A model generated the notes under the pieces. It was not told the DNA's origin, searched no databases, and worked only from the letters and a program-made list of their open reading frames with translations. Positions 43,529-56,754 of a stretch of 64,000 bases of DNA are shown piece after piece. The stretch's first letter is position 1. Each line of letters begins with the position of its first letter. The translations under genes and the position numbers were made by a program. The DNA comes from Camelus ferus (Eukaryota), in the NCBI RefSeq assembly GCF_009834535.1, contig NC_045705.1, positions 65,472,001 to 65,536,000 on the forward strand. Direction: 5' to 3'.

Positions 43529-44151
43529 TGAGATATAATTTTTTATTCATAGTGTTGGCAGAAAGTAAAAAGTCTTAACATTCTGATGTATCAAGAACGT
43601 GAAGCAAAATAACTCTTAGGAGAAAGCATAAAGGAGAGTGATTTGGCATTATCTGGTAAATTTTGAATGTGTCTACGCTTCAACCTGAAAATTTCACCTT
43701 GTGAGAAAAACTCCCCCATGTGTACAGAAGAACATGCACAGAGAGTATTCACTGTGGCCCTCTTCATAAGTAGAAAAAGCTTCCAAACAGGAATCCTTAG
43801 AAGAGAATGCATAAATAAGTTGTGATTTAATCATTCAGTGTACTGAAATGAACAGAGAGATTCGAATGGAGAGATCTCTGAAATACAGTGTTGATCAAAA
43901 TAACAAGTTGCAGAAGAATGCATGGTGTATGATACCATTTACTATATGCTGTTTATGGATACAGATACACTTGCTAGTCAAAGTATAAAGAAGTGCACCA
44001 AATTTAGGGTGGGAGTGGGGAGGTCATACTCTCTGAGGGATTCAACTGTATTTATAATGTTTCTTTTCCTGAGCTGGGTGGTGGGTACATATGTGTGTCT
44101 ATATTTTTCTCTTTTTGTAGTCTGAGATATTTAAGTAGTAAGAATGAGGTC

Positions 44152-44287
44152 AGGGGAAAGGTATAGCTCAAGTGGCAGGGTGTGTGCTTAGCAGGGACGA
44201 GGTCCAGGGTTTAATTCCCAGTGCCAACTCTGAAGATAAATAAATAAACCCAATTACCTCCCTCCTCCAAAACAAAATAATAAGAAG
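44152..44287 (+). mobile_element. Full-length tRNA-derived SINE (Vic-1-like) with a 10-bp TSD
   Basis: GGGGAAAGGTATAGCTCAAGTGG...AAATAAATAAACCCAATTACCTCCC...; flanked by AAGAATGAGG at 44140-44149 and 44288-44297. Confidence 0.85.
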
Positions 44288-46094
44288 AAGAATGAGGCAA
44301 ATCTATATATCCTGATATAGAAAGATTTCTAAGACATTTGATTAAGTTACAAAAGTAACTTCCAGAAAAATGTTACAAATATGATCTCATTTATGTAAAG
44401 AAAAATAAGCTATGTGTGTATATTTATATACATATTATGTATTATGTATTATATACACCTATTTAAAAAGGGTGCACTGTTAACAATGATCATCTATCTT
44501 TAGGGAGAAGAGAATGCGGGAGGGGTGCTGTGAATGTGGGAGACCGCTATGTTTTACCCTGCATACTTCTGAATGGCTTATAACAATAAACAGAGAATGT
44601 GTTCACCTAGTACTTGTATAGTCATTTATAAAATAATTCTGAAGGTTTCAACGAGTCAAAAAAATTCAGATACCTCATGACCCAGCAACTTTGGTTCTTG
44701 GAACCCATCCTGACATAGAATTCATTGAAGCAGGGTTTGTAGTAGAGAAAATTAAGAAACAACCTACACACCCATCTGTAGGTAAGTGTTAAATTATATA
44801 TATACAGTGGAACGCTATAATAATACCTACAGTTTATTAAATCCTTAGTATTGGCTGGACTCTACATTCATATTTTCATTTAATCCTTACAGCAAGGTAG
44901 ATACCATTCTTTTACACAAGAGTAAACTGAGGCTCAGAGAGGTTGGACCACCTGGCCAAAGTCACTTAGAATCTAGATGGCAGACCCAAGATTTGAACCC
45001 AGGTCTATAAGATTCCACAATCACTCTCCTTGACCACTTACCTCCCAAACACAGGCATTAAAAAGTCAAGCTCTATGTAACCACTATGGGAAAGTTGTCT
45101 GTGCTGTTGTTATGGGGAAAAAAAAAAGATTGTAAAATGGTTATACAATAAAATTCCAATTTTGTGAACTGAAAACAAAACTTTTCAAAGAAAACATTTG
45201 GAGGAATATTCACCAGCTATTACTGGTGGGCATGTGGGGAAAAGGGGTGGGGACAGGATTAGCTGTATGTTTATGAGTTATGTAATAAATTTCTGTAGGG
45301 ATTGAGTTTTTCACCCAGAAATGGGATTCCTTTCAGCCAAAAAAGTAATAGAGATTTAAAAATAAAGGTGGAAACATTTCTGGGCTGCTGGGGGCCATGT
45401 GGCAGGGCAAGCCTGAAGCTTCTGGGAGGAGGGCACCACCAGCATCCTTGAGGACAGCAGCCTTCAGATCAGAGACAGGATCAGCCTGTCCTTGGCACAT
45501 CTGGCCCATGGCACAGTTTCATTTGATCTGCACAGTGTTTCAAATTCTTACAAATTAGTTGCCACTGCTTAACATTTGTAAGATTTTACATAAGAAGTAA
45601 GGTTTTCTGCTTTCCCCAGGAAACTTGACCATCTGGCCCCACTGGCCCCACCTTCCCAAGTAGAGCCGTTTGGATGGGGCCAGTGCTCTCCAGTCCCCCT
45701 GGCTCAGGTCACTCTCGCACATTACCTGTCCCAGCAACGTGGTCATTGGCTTTGCTACCTGCTTGGGGCAGGTACTGAAATGAAGATGTTCTTGTCACTC
45801 TTTGGCTAGCAGTGCTCATTCCTCAACTCAGTTGGATGTCAGCTCCAGAGGCACACACCCCAGAGATTTCTTCCGTCACTCATTTAGCACACATTTATTA
45901 AATCCTGCTCTTCCCTAGACTGAGCCCATGCTGGGCACACTGGAGACAGAGACGAGAACTCATAGCCCATGCTTCCCAGAAGTTCAGCCTTGAAGGGGAG
46001 ACATCTAGAAACAACTGCATTCAGATGTGACAAATATGACGGCAGAATTGCAGGTAATGTACAATGTGTGTGGTGACAGCATGCCCCTGGAGGA

Positions 46095-46122
46095 TGTGTG
46101 TGTGTGTGTGTGTGTGTGTGTG
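46095..46122. repeat. (TG)14 microsatellite
   Basis: Read directly. Confidence 0.95.
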
Positions 46123-46199
46123 GTCGGTGAGTCGGGGGAACAATACCCCACCTGAGACAATCCCAGGATACCTGGGGAGTGGTTGTCCCTTGACAGTCA

Positions 46200-46428
46200 C
46201 CTCTGGATTCTCACATTCGCCCTCCATGAAAGAGAAAAGAGGAACTATTTTCTTGACAGAACACTCCCAAGTACTCCCAGCCCCTCCAGCTTTCATGGAA
46301 TGACTCCCCCAGAACTGCGGCACGTGCCTTGACCAAATTACAAAATGGTAAGGAAATAAATGATTGTTATTGTTGCAAACCTCTAAGTTTTAGGGCGGCT
46401 TGTTTCACAACAACAGATAACTGAAACA
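46200..46428 (+). mobile_element. MLT1 (ERVL-MaLR) LTR 3' portion
   Basis: Typical MLT1 end: AATAAATGATTGTTATTGTT...CTCTAAGTTTTAGGG...ACAGATAACTGAAACA. Confidence 0.65.
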
Positions 46429-48424
46429 GTGGGCAACATGTCTGGTTTGGCTCCCTGTTCCCAGCCCCAGGTCCAGGGCCCAGTACAAAATAAGAGCTCA
46501 GTGAGTTTTGAAGGAGTGAATACACAAATGGATGGATGGATAAGTGAACTGTCTTGAGCCTGACAGCCGTAGGGTGGTTGATTGTGGCACAGTCAGGGAC
46601 CCGGAGCTTCATGGAGGATGAGGGGACCGTCTCTGCTGGGGTTGTTACACATCATTTGCTGGGCAGGGTCTCTGTTAGATCTACTTGGGTGCAGAGGGTG
46701 CCTGTCACAGGCAGGGCATACACGGCTGTTCAAGTGAGGTAGCTACGATCCAGGGACGTGGAAGCCTCCATGGTGCTATGGTTCCAGGGCCACACCATAC
46801 ACGCCAGAACCACACCAGCAGGGGGGATGCCTTGAGGGCCACCATTTCACTCACTTCACTCTCCTCCCATTTCACTCAGCTCCAGATTTGAGTCGCACAT
46901 AATTGCAGCTGTGGGAGGAGTACTTGGAACATGCAGTTTTTACTCTGAGCCTCGTAGTCCAGGAAGGCAGCTGGGAGGAGGCAGGGACAGATGTTGAGTG
47001 AGCCTATCAGCTACACCCACTTCCACTCACTGCTCTTCCCAGCAGGGCGTTTGGACTCCTGCATGATCTGCTTCCAGCCCGCCTCCCCCTCCCCCATTAT
47101 GCACTTGGTGTTGTAGCTGAATTAACTTGTCCCCATTTCCCCAAATCTGCTTGTCTCTTCAGCTTAGTTTTTCCCCTTTTGCTCCTCCATCTGTCAGATG
47201 CTCTCCCTCTCCTGTTTGCTCAGAAAATCCTTAGCACACTCCCAAAGGTACTTCCAAGCATCAGTCATGAGCCTGAGTGAGTCACCTTCCCTCCTGATGC
47301 TCATGGCATTGACCCAATGGGAACAGCCTTGTGTGACTGACTCTATGTTGTAATTGCTCCTGGGTCTGTGACCTCCATCAGGGAAGGGCTCAGAAGAATA
47401 AAAATAACTATTATATATGTGCTGTAACTTGTCAGCACAATCACACAGCCCATGTGTATTGGGCTTGGATTGTATGCCAGGCATGTTCTTAATCCTCAGA
47501 GCAATCCTATGAGCCAGGTACTATTATCATGCCTGTTTCATAGATGAGGAAACTCAGCACAGAAAAGGTAAGTGACTTGCCCAAGGTTTGCACAGCTAAT
47601 GGGGAAAGAGAAAGTCAGGATTTAAAGCAGGCAGCATGGCCCCACAGCCCCACTCTCACTCTCTGATCTTTGTAACATGTCCTTTTTCTCAATCCCCATG
47701 ACAACTTTTTGTTTTATTGAGGAGAAAGTTGAGGCTCAGAGAGGCTAAGGAACTTAGCCCAAGCCACCCTGGAGAGTGACCAAGCCAGGACTCTGGTTCC
47801 TGACACACCATAGCCCTTCTCAAGGGCCACCAAGTCCCACTGTCGGGACCCAACTCCCCCAGTGTCTGTGGTGAGTCCCAAGCCGAATCCGAGCAGTTGG
47901 AGGCAGGGCATGCTGGGTCATTCCCAACAGTCTTTGGGCAAAGCCAGGGAACTGTCACCACTAGGCTGAACAGCCTGGGTGTTCTCAAAGCGCAGAGCAG
48001 GGTCAGAAGCCCAAGTCTGTGCTTGCTGTAGGGGGCAGGCAGCCAGGTGTGAAAGTCATGTCGGGACTCAGCTCAGGCCACCATAAGCTTCTGTGAGAGG
48101 GACATAGAACACAGGGGACAGGTCCAGGGATGACACCTATCACCCAAGTCTAGTACAGGTAAAGGAAGATGTGGCTTGGGCGGTCAGCTGTCACCTTGCC
48201 AATCAACACACTTTTATGGGATCTGTTATGTCTCAGGCATGGGGCTGGGGGCTGGGAACTCAGTTGTGAGTAACAAGATACTTTCCTCCCTCGTAAGCCT
48301 TCTTGCGTGGGGCAAGAAATCCAGGGCATCCACCTTTCCTCTGTGCTCCTGCCTCCTTCCTGTGAGAACAGATGGAGTTTCCCTCTTCCTGTGGATTCAG
48401 TCGTTTATTCATCCAACAAGTATA

Positions 48425-49203
48425 TGTTGGTGAGAATGTAGTTTGATGCAGCCATTATGGAAAACAGAGTGGAGATACTTTAAAAAACTGAAAATAGACT
48501 TACGATATAATCCAGCAATCCTACTCCTGGGCATATATCTGGAGGGAACTCTAANNNNNNNNNNNNNNNNNNNNNNNNNNNNNNNNNNNNNNNNNNNNNN
48601 NNNNNNNNNNNNNNNNNNNNNNNNNNNNNNNNNNNNNNNNNNNNNNNNNNNNNNNNNNNNNNNNNNNNNNNNNNNNNNNNNNNNNNNNNNNNNNNNNNNN
48701 NNNNNNNNNNNNNNNNNNNNNNNNNNNNNNNNNNNNNNNNNNNNNNNNNNNNNNNNNNNNNNNNNNNNNNNNNNNNNNNNNGTGAAGTAAACCAGAAAGA
48801 AAAAGAAAAATACCATATGATATCACTTATATGTGGAATCCAAGAAAAGAATAAAAGAGGACACTAATGAACTCATCCACAAAACAGAAACAGACTTGCA
48901 GACATAGTAAACAATCTTATGGTTACTGAGGGGAAAGGAGGTGGAAAGGGATAAATTTAGGAGTTTGAGATTTGCATATGTTAGCCACTATATATAAAAA
49001 TAGATTTAAAAAAATTTCTTCTGTATAGCACAGGGAACTATAGTCAATATCTTAAAATAATCTTTAATGAAAAAGAATATGAAAACAAATATATGTATGT
49101 ATATGCATGACTGGGACATTATGCTGTACACAGAAATTGACACATTGTAACTGACTATACTTCAATTAAAAACAAAACAAAACAAAGCAAAAAAAAAAAA
49201 AAA
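48425..49203 (+). mobile_element. 5'-truncated, comparatively young L1 3' end with A-rich tail, inserted in an L2 remnant
   Basis: ORF2 C-terminal peptide (QPLWKTEWRYFKKLKIDLRYNPAILLLGIY), artiodactyl-type 3'UTR (CTGTATAGCACAGGGAACTATAGTCAATATC) and a tail at about 49168-49203; contains N block 48555-48781. Confidence 0.85.
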
Positions 49204-49729
49204 CCAAGTGTATACTGAGTCCCCACCATCTGGCTAGATTTTTTCTAAGTATAGAGAATGCATTAGTGAACAAGACAGATTAAAAATAAGCAAACCTGCC
49301 CTCATGGAACTTAGAGAGTCAATAAAAGACGACAAATAAACAAGGAAACACATAGGAAATTAATGACTTTGGGAAATCAAGACAGTAGGGGAAGTGGAGC
49401 AGATGAGGAGAAACTGGAGTGTGTGAAAGGAGGAGAGACAGTTCACGGAGCAGCAGCTGTGTGCAGCTGTGGATTCAGGTTGATACAGGAGCAGGAAAAG
49501 AGAAAGAATGTTGGAGGTGAGGCGTGGGGAGAAGTTGTATCTCAGAAAGAGGAATGTGAACTTGGTAGAGAGCTGCAGTAGTAGTGCCAGAAAGTATGAG
49601 TGTCCATATGGCTTTATGTCCCTGAGTTCAAAGTGAAACAACCCTCTGGTTATCTGATTTGCTTTCTCCTCTGGTGCGGGTACCAAGCAGGTGGATGGAT
49701 GGATTCAGCCAGGGTTGAAGTCTCCTGGG

Positions 49730-50231
49730 TGTGGCAGTTTTAGGATATGTCTATACATTCTCCATACTTCTCTTTTCAAGAGGTGTACTCCAATTCCCCT
49801 CCCCTTGAGTGTAAGCTAGACTCAGTGATTTGCTTTTAATGAATAAAATAAAATGAGAGTGATGGTGTGAGACTCTGGATTCCTGCTTGCTTACTCTTGA
49901 ATCAGTCAGTCAAGGAAGCCAGCCGCCATGACATGAAGACACTCAAGCAGCCCTATGGGCAGGTCCACATGCTGAGGAACTGAGGCCAACAGCCAACAGC
50001 CATGTGAGCAAGCCCCCTGGGAAGGGGATTCTCCAGCCCCAGCCAAGCCTTCAGATGACTGTGGCCCCGGCCAACATCTTTACTACAAATCTCATGAGAG
50101 ACGGTGAGTCAGACCCTCTTAGCTAAGTTGCTTCCGAATTCCTGACCCACAGAACAGTGAGCTAAATTCTTTTTTGATTTCAGCCACAACCTTCTGGAGT
50201 AATTTTTACATGACAGCAGTCAACTAATACA
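49730..50231 (+). mobile_element. MLT1 (MLT1F-like) solo LTR
   Basis: TGTGG...CTAATACA termini; internal CCCAGCCAAGCCTTCAGATGACTGTGGCCCCGGCCAACATC and CCTGACCCACAGAA are typical of MLT1. Confidence 0.75.
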
Positions 50232-51141
50232 CCAGGTGTCTTGGATAGAGTGAGGAACGATGGGAGGATGGGCTTCTGCCCGGCTATTTGAGAACCCAGG
50301 CTCCTTCTAGCTTGTGGCCCTGCCATCTCCTAGGGGCCCTTGGAGTTCCCTGGAAATCTGCTGCATTTGGCTGGAAGTCAGAGATACAGAAAGGGAGGCA
50401 GATCGTAAGAGAGGGAGGTTTTCAAAGCCCACACGTGGTAACAAGGAATAAAAAGTAGTGAAAAATGGGATGAGGAAGTGACATTTAAGATGGAACTGAA
50501 AAATGATTAGAGGGTAGGAAGGGAGAAAGGAATAAGGATCAGTGGGTAGACCTCTGGCCTGAAAGTCTGGGTGTATTTTAGGAAACAAAGAGAATCCCAG
50601 GGCGATTGGAGCTTGGGGAGAGAGGCTGAGAATGGCCAAAAATGAGTCTGAGGAGGTGGAACCAGATCATACAGGGCCTTATGAACTGCCACTTAGTGAC
50701 TTTGGGGTTTACACTAAGGTCAGTGGGAAGACACTGGGGTTTAAGTAGGAGATAGCTGAGCAGATCTGCATAGAGTGGTGGCCTGGAGGAGGGAGGGGAG
50801 CATCAGCTGGAGCAGGAAGTGTGGTCAGAAGCTTACGCAGCTGCTTGGAGAGAGATAAAGACAACCTACTATGGGCTTGGCGGGGTGAACAGAGATGCTG
50901 AAGGTATGGGGAGCCAGGAGGCAGTATTTGATTAAGCGTGAATGGGGGTGGAGGTGGGGAGGAAGGGAGAAGCCAAGCGGCTCCAGGCTTCTATGTGGAA
51001 GGTAGAATTATTCTCAAGGACCAGGAATCCCAGAGATGGCAGGTTTAGAGGCAGTATGTTGAGTTTGCTTTGTAAAATAATGAAATATTTGATATGTACA
51101 AAATAATGTATGTCAAATATACATCAGCAATGGAGTGAAAT

Positions 51142-51738
51142 TGTTGCCGAAAGATCAGCCCCCATCCCTGACGAGCCGAATAACTCAGAGACAAGGTCTT
51201 GGAGCTTAGAAGAAAAGAGGCAGCTTTATTGCTTTGCCAGGCAAAGGGGACTCACAGCAGGCTGGTACCTTGAAAACTGTGAACCCACCTTAGGGTTGGG
51301 GCTCAGTGATTATATAGTGAACAAATTGGGGTGAAAAGGGGGACATTAATTAACCAAAGTTTCTAGTAAAGCTTCTTCCAGAATCTTGGCGTGTCCAGTC
51401 CAGTGTCATGGGGCTGTCAGGTTGTCTGGAGGGTTATCAGCCCATGACCGTCTCTGTCTGATCAGACTCATCAGGCACCAGGAGGAACTTGGAGGGTCTG
51501 GTCATGCTCCTGGGATTATCATCCCGTGCCTCCCTTCCTAGGGGAATGACTCCAAATCCAAACATAATTACAAATTTCAATTACTGGAATAAGATAGAAC
51601 AAACAGAAATCAGTAGCTCTAACTCTAACCATAGTCCTGGGGCTGGGAGCAGATTTGCTGACTGCTCTAAAGCAAGCAGTAAGTATAAGGCCAAGAATTA
51701 GTTAGCCTAAGCACGGCCATTTTATTATTTCTCCTTCA
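51142..51738 (-). mobile_element. Solo ERV1-class LTR, 597 bp, with a 4-bp TSD
   Basis: TG...CA termini (51142 TGTTG; CCTTCA 51738); TSD AAAT at 51138-51141 and 51739-51742; minus-strand AATAAA near 51224-51230; splits an older L1-like AT-rich segment. Confidence 0.75.
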
Positions 51739-53199
51739 AAATAATAAATACCCAACTTGAGAAACAGAATATTAGCAACATGGCAGGTTCCCTTTTTCTT
51801 GCTCCCATCACACCTCCCACCCCAAGATACTACACCCCCCATTTTATTATTTCTATATTCATTACTTTGCTTTTATTTTTCTCATAAACCCAAGGGGTTA
51901 TTTTTATTATAAATATGCTTAGAATAATGTTCCTGTTAATAATTGAAAGGATTTGCTTTTTTGGTGCAAAATTGACTGCACTCCAGATAAAGCTGCCAAC
52001 GTCTTGATCCCATCTCAGCAGCTAGCTCAGACTGTCTGCTCAGCCACTGTCTTTCCTGTTACTCTAACCACATGTCCCTTGCTGCCCTGGGGGGTCTGTT
52101 TCCCTGGGCATGGCAAGATGCGCTATCTGCATTCATTAAGATGGTGCAATTTTTCTCCTCTAATCTGTTAAATTACTTTTCTCACCTGTAACTTTGCATT
52201 TTTGAAATAAATCTAACTTGGGCCCAGTGCATTATCTTGTTTCTACATTATTAGATTCAGTTTACTAATAATTTGCTTAGGACTTTTACACCTGTGTCTA
52301 TGAGCCTGCAGTATTTCTTATGCAGTCCTTGTTAACTTTTGGTATCATGTGTGCTACCTTCATGACGTATAGGGGGAAGGTCCCTCATTTTTATACTCTG
52401 GAAAGATTTGTGCAGGACAGAATTATTTGTTCTTTCAATGTTCTTTTAATCTTACTGGTGGAGCCATGTAGGCCTGGGCTTTTCTTTGTGATAAGATTTT
52501 TGTCTACTGCTTCAATTTGTTCGATGTTATAGGACTAATCAGGATTTATATTACTACTTGTTTTAGTTTTGCTGCATTTTGTTTTTCTGTAAGGACTTGT
52601 CTATTTTATATAAACTTTAAAATACATATATAAAACATAAATATAGAAGTTGGCATAAAGTTATTCATAACATCTTCATATTTTTATTTTGTAATGTGTG
52701 TCTAATGTATCTCCATTTTCATTCCTGTTAATGTTAATTTGTGCCTTCTATTTGAAAATTATTCTGAATGCATCTTGCCAGAGGTTTGTCAATTTTACTG
52801 GTATCATCAAAGAACCAAATTTTGACTTTTCTGATTCTTTTCATTAGTATATGTTTTCTATTTTATTAATTTCTGCTCTTTATTATTTTATTCCTTCTAC
52901 CTTTCACTAGGTGTATTTTTCTGTTCTTTATTAAAAAGATATTTATTTTGGAATAAGTTTAGAGTTACAAAAAATTGCAAAAACAGTGCAGAGAGTTCCT
53001 GTGTACCCTTTACCAAACTTCTCTTAATGCAAACATCTTATACAAGCATAAGATGGTTATTGAAACTAGGAAATTCATATCAATATACTAGTATTAGCTA
53101 ATCTATAGATCTTATTTTAATTGTGTTCGTGATCCTACTAATGCCCCCTTTCCTGGTCCAGGATCCAATCCAGGATTCCAAATTGCATGTAATTGATGT

Positions 53200-53610
53200 T
53201 TTCATTACTCACTGTTGTGAAACAAATACCCTGAAACTTAGCAGCTTAAAACAACAAACATTTATTATCTCATAGTTTCTGTGGCTCGGGAATAACGGGA
53301 GCTGCTTAGCTGGGTAGTTTTTGCTCAGGGTGTCTGATGACATTGCACTCATGAAGTCAGTAAGGACTGTGGTCATCTGATGTCTTAACCAGGACTGGGG
53401 ATCTGCTGTCAAAATGGCCTATTCACAGAACAGCAGGAAGCCTCAGTTCCTTGCCATGTGGGTGTCTCCCTAGTGCTGCCTGAGTGGCCTCATGACATAG
53501 CAGCGGGCTTCTCCCAGAAAAGTAAGGCTGAAGTTGCAAAGTCTTTTAGGACCCAGCTTCAGAAATCACACCATGTCATTTCCACGATGTCCTATTGGTA
53601 CCCAGGTCAG
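53200..53610 (-). mobile_element. MLT1 LTR remnant
   Basis: Reverse MLT1 end motif AACAAATACCCTGAAACTTAGCAGCTTAAAACAACAAACATTTATTATCTCATAGTTTCTGTGG. Confidence 0.65.
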
Positions 53611-54297
53611 CGCTATTCCCTGAACACCAGGATCACTCAGAGGATACCTGGGAGGCTGGCTATCACAGTTGTCATGTCTCCTTGGTCTTCTCTGATTCAG
53701 GACAATTTCTCAGATTCCTTTTTCTTCTGTGAACGTGACAGTTTTCAAAAGCAGTGGCCAGTAATTTTTTACACTATGCCTCCGTTTGGATTTATCTGAT
53801 GTTTGATACTGATCACTTTGAGGTTATTCATTTGGGGCAAGAATAACACAGAAGGGGCATGCTCTTCTCTGTGCATCGTATCAGATTGTACCTGACGTTG
53901 GTTTCCCTTATTACTGGTCATGCTAAGTTTGATCACGTGGTTAGTGTGGTGTCTGCCAGGTTTCTCCACTGTAAAGTTACTCTTTTCCCCTTTGTGATTT
54001 GTGAACATCTTGTGGGGAGATACTTTGAGTTTATGCAAATACCTTATTTCTCATCAGACCTTTATTTACTAACTTTAGCATCCATCAATGATTCATGCCT
54101 GCAACCCTTACTACCGTGGTGTTTGCCTGATGGTGATTTTCTATATTCATCAGTCCTTCTACGTTTATGTATTGGAATCCTACTGTAAGAAAGAGCTGTC
54201 ACTTCTTCCTCATTTACCTATTACTTGTTTGTTAATTATCAGTATAGACTCATGGATATTTTATTTTATCCCGTGGATAATAATCCATTACTATTTC

Positions 54298-54753
54298 TGA
54301 TGGTTAATTTTATGTGTCAATTTGACTAGATCAAGGGGTGCCCAAATACTTGGCTAAACATTATTTCTGGGTGTGTCTGTGAGGGTGTTTCTGGGTGAAA
54401 TTAACATTTGAATCAGTGGACTCAGCGAAGTAGTTGGCTGTCCCAAGCGTGAGTGGGCCTCATCTGACCCACTGAGGGCCTGAGTAGAACAAGAAGGTGG
54501 AGGAAGGAAGAATTTACCCCTTCCTATCTGATCGTTTGAGCTAGACTTCGATCTTCTGTCCTGGGCCACCCTGGTTTTCAGGCCTTCAGACTCAGAAGGN
54601 NNNNNNNNNNNNNNNNNNNNNNNNNNNNNNNNNNNNNNNNNNNNNNNNNNNNNNNNNNNNNNNNNNNNNNNNNNNNNNNNNNNNNNNNNNNNNNNNNNNN
54701 NNNNNNNNNNNNNNNNNNNNNNNNNNNNNNNNNNNNNNNNNNNNNNNNNNNNN
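54298..54753 (+). mobile_element. MLT2 (ERVL) LTR, partly in an N block
   Basis: TGATGGTTAATTTTATGTGTCAATTTGACTAG...AACATTATTTCTGGGTGTGTCTGTGAGGGTGTTTCTGG is the typical MLT2 start. Confidence 0.75.
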
Positions 54754-56624
54754 TGCTTATTTTGTTGTTCAAATTGTCCCAGACTGGGTTCCAGCGAGCT
54801 CCTTCAGGTGGACTCCTCAGGCTTCTTCTGAAATGTCCCCATCATTTTTTGAGCACTTCCTTGCTTTTGTCACTATGTGATGTTCTAGATTCACGTTGTA
54901 CTATCTCTGCCCCAGCCCTGAAATGAACCATTTCTCCAAAGAGCCTTGATTCCTTTTCACTGGAGAATGGAATTTAAGAACCAAGGGCTGGTTATTGGCT
55001 GTGCTCATTGCTACTGGGGTGTCACTGCCTGCAGGTCCTCTCAGTGCATGGAGTCAGAAATACATGTATACCTGCATACACCTTTTTATTTCTATTCCTA
55101 CTTTACATCCTGCAATTTCTGAAAAGTACATATGTATTAAAATCATGAGTTTATTCTAATGTCTTTGACTCCCATCCAGTACCGCAGGGTTCCTTCCAGC
55201 CTTCCCCTTTTCCTTATTTGTAACTCCTTTTTCTGATAGTGAGAAACCTGGTTCTCATTATTCATAACATACTGCTTATGTGTTTAATACACACACCACT
55301 CTGAAAAACAAATTTACTACTTCGAGTACAATACTTGTGTTGTTCAGTTCTTTACTGTTTGGCCTTACAGTGTGTAGTCGAAATACTGTTTTCCAAAGTT
55401 ACTTAGATGAAGTTTTTACTTCCCCACCGTCTTCAGTATGGTTATGTTACTCATTTTTAATACAGTTTGCTTAATTTCTTACTGTTTGTTTTCCTTTTTG
55501 GGGCCCCTCAAAAATACACACACTTACGCACACACATTCTAATGGACTTTATTACTTTGGGGAGTAGGCTATAACATTATTTGGGTATTCTTTGTTTTTT
55601 GGGGGGGAGTAATTAGGTTTATTTTTCCCTCTTCCAAAACTGAAACTCTGTACGCATTGAACAATAACTTCCCATTTCTCCCTCCCCTCAACCCTTGGCA
55701 ACCACCATTCTACTGTCTTTATAAATTTGACTACTTATAATTTAAAAAAAGTCTTTATTGAGCTATATCATTTATATACCATGTAATTTACTTCTGTAAA
55801 GTGTACAGTCGAATGGTTTTTTAGTATATTCACAAAGTTGTGCAACCATCACCACAGCCCTATTTCAGAACATTTTTATCACGTCAAAAAGAAACTCTGT
55901 GTCTGTCAGCCGTCACTCCCCATTGTCTGCTTCACCAGCCCTGTGCAACCACTAATCTATTTTTAGTCGCTATAGTTTTGCCTATTCTGGATGATTCACG
56001 TAAGTATAATATCATACAATATGGGGTCTTTTGTGACTGTCTTCTTTCATTTAGAATAATGTTGTCAGGTTCATCCATGCTGTAGCATGTATCTCTACTT
56101 CATTTCTTTTTATGACTGAATAAATATTCCACTGTATGACTATAGCACATTTTGTTCTGTTTTGTTTTTTAACGCCTTTATTGTGGTATGGTTCCTGTAT
56201 AGTAAACTACACATATTTCAGATGTACAATCTGATGAATTTTGATAAATGTATACACCCATGGAACCACCACCACAATTAAGATAGCTAACATTTCCATC
56301 ACGCCCCAATAGGTGCAATTTTCAAATTCCCAATTTATCTCTTCCTACCCCCTTTACTCCCTGGTAACCATAAGTTGGTTCTCTATGTCTATGAGTCTGT
56401 TTTTGTTTTGTAGATTAGTTCNNNNNNNNNNNNNNNNNNNNNNNNNNNNNNNNNNNNNNNNNNNNNNNNNNNNNNNNNNNNNNNNNNNNNNNNNNNNNNN
56501 NNNNNNNNNNNNNNNNNNNNNNNNNNNNNNNNNNNNNNNNNNNNNNNNNNNNNNNNNNNNNNNNNNNNNNNNNNNNNNNNNNNNNNNNNNNNNNNNNNNN
56601 NATCTTCTTTATGCAGTCATCTGT

Positions 56625-56754
56625 CTTTTTTTTTTTTTTTAAGGGGGGAGTAATTAGGTCTATTTATTTAATTATTTATTTAGTGGCATTGCTGGGGATT
56701 GAACCCAGGACCTTGTGTATGCTGGGCATGTGCTCTACCACTTGAGCTATACCA
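56625..56754 (-). mobile_element. tRNA-derived SINE (Vic-1-like)
   Basis: T-tail followed by GGGGGGAGTAATTAGGTCTATTTATTTA...GGGGATTGAACCCAGGACC...CTACCACTTGAGCTATAC. Confidence 0.85.

Noticed and set aside
42788-44287. tRNA genes suggested by A/B boxes
   Set aside because: No complete cloverleaf; the tails and TSDs identify them as SINEs.
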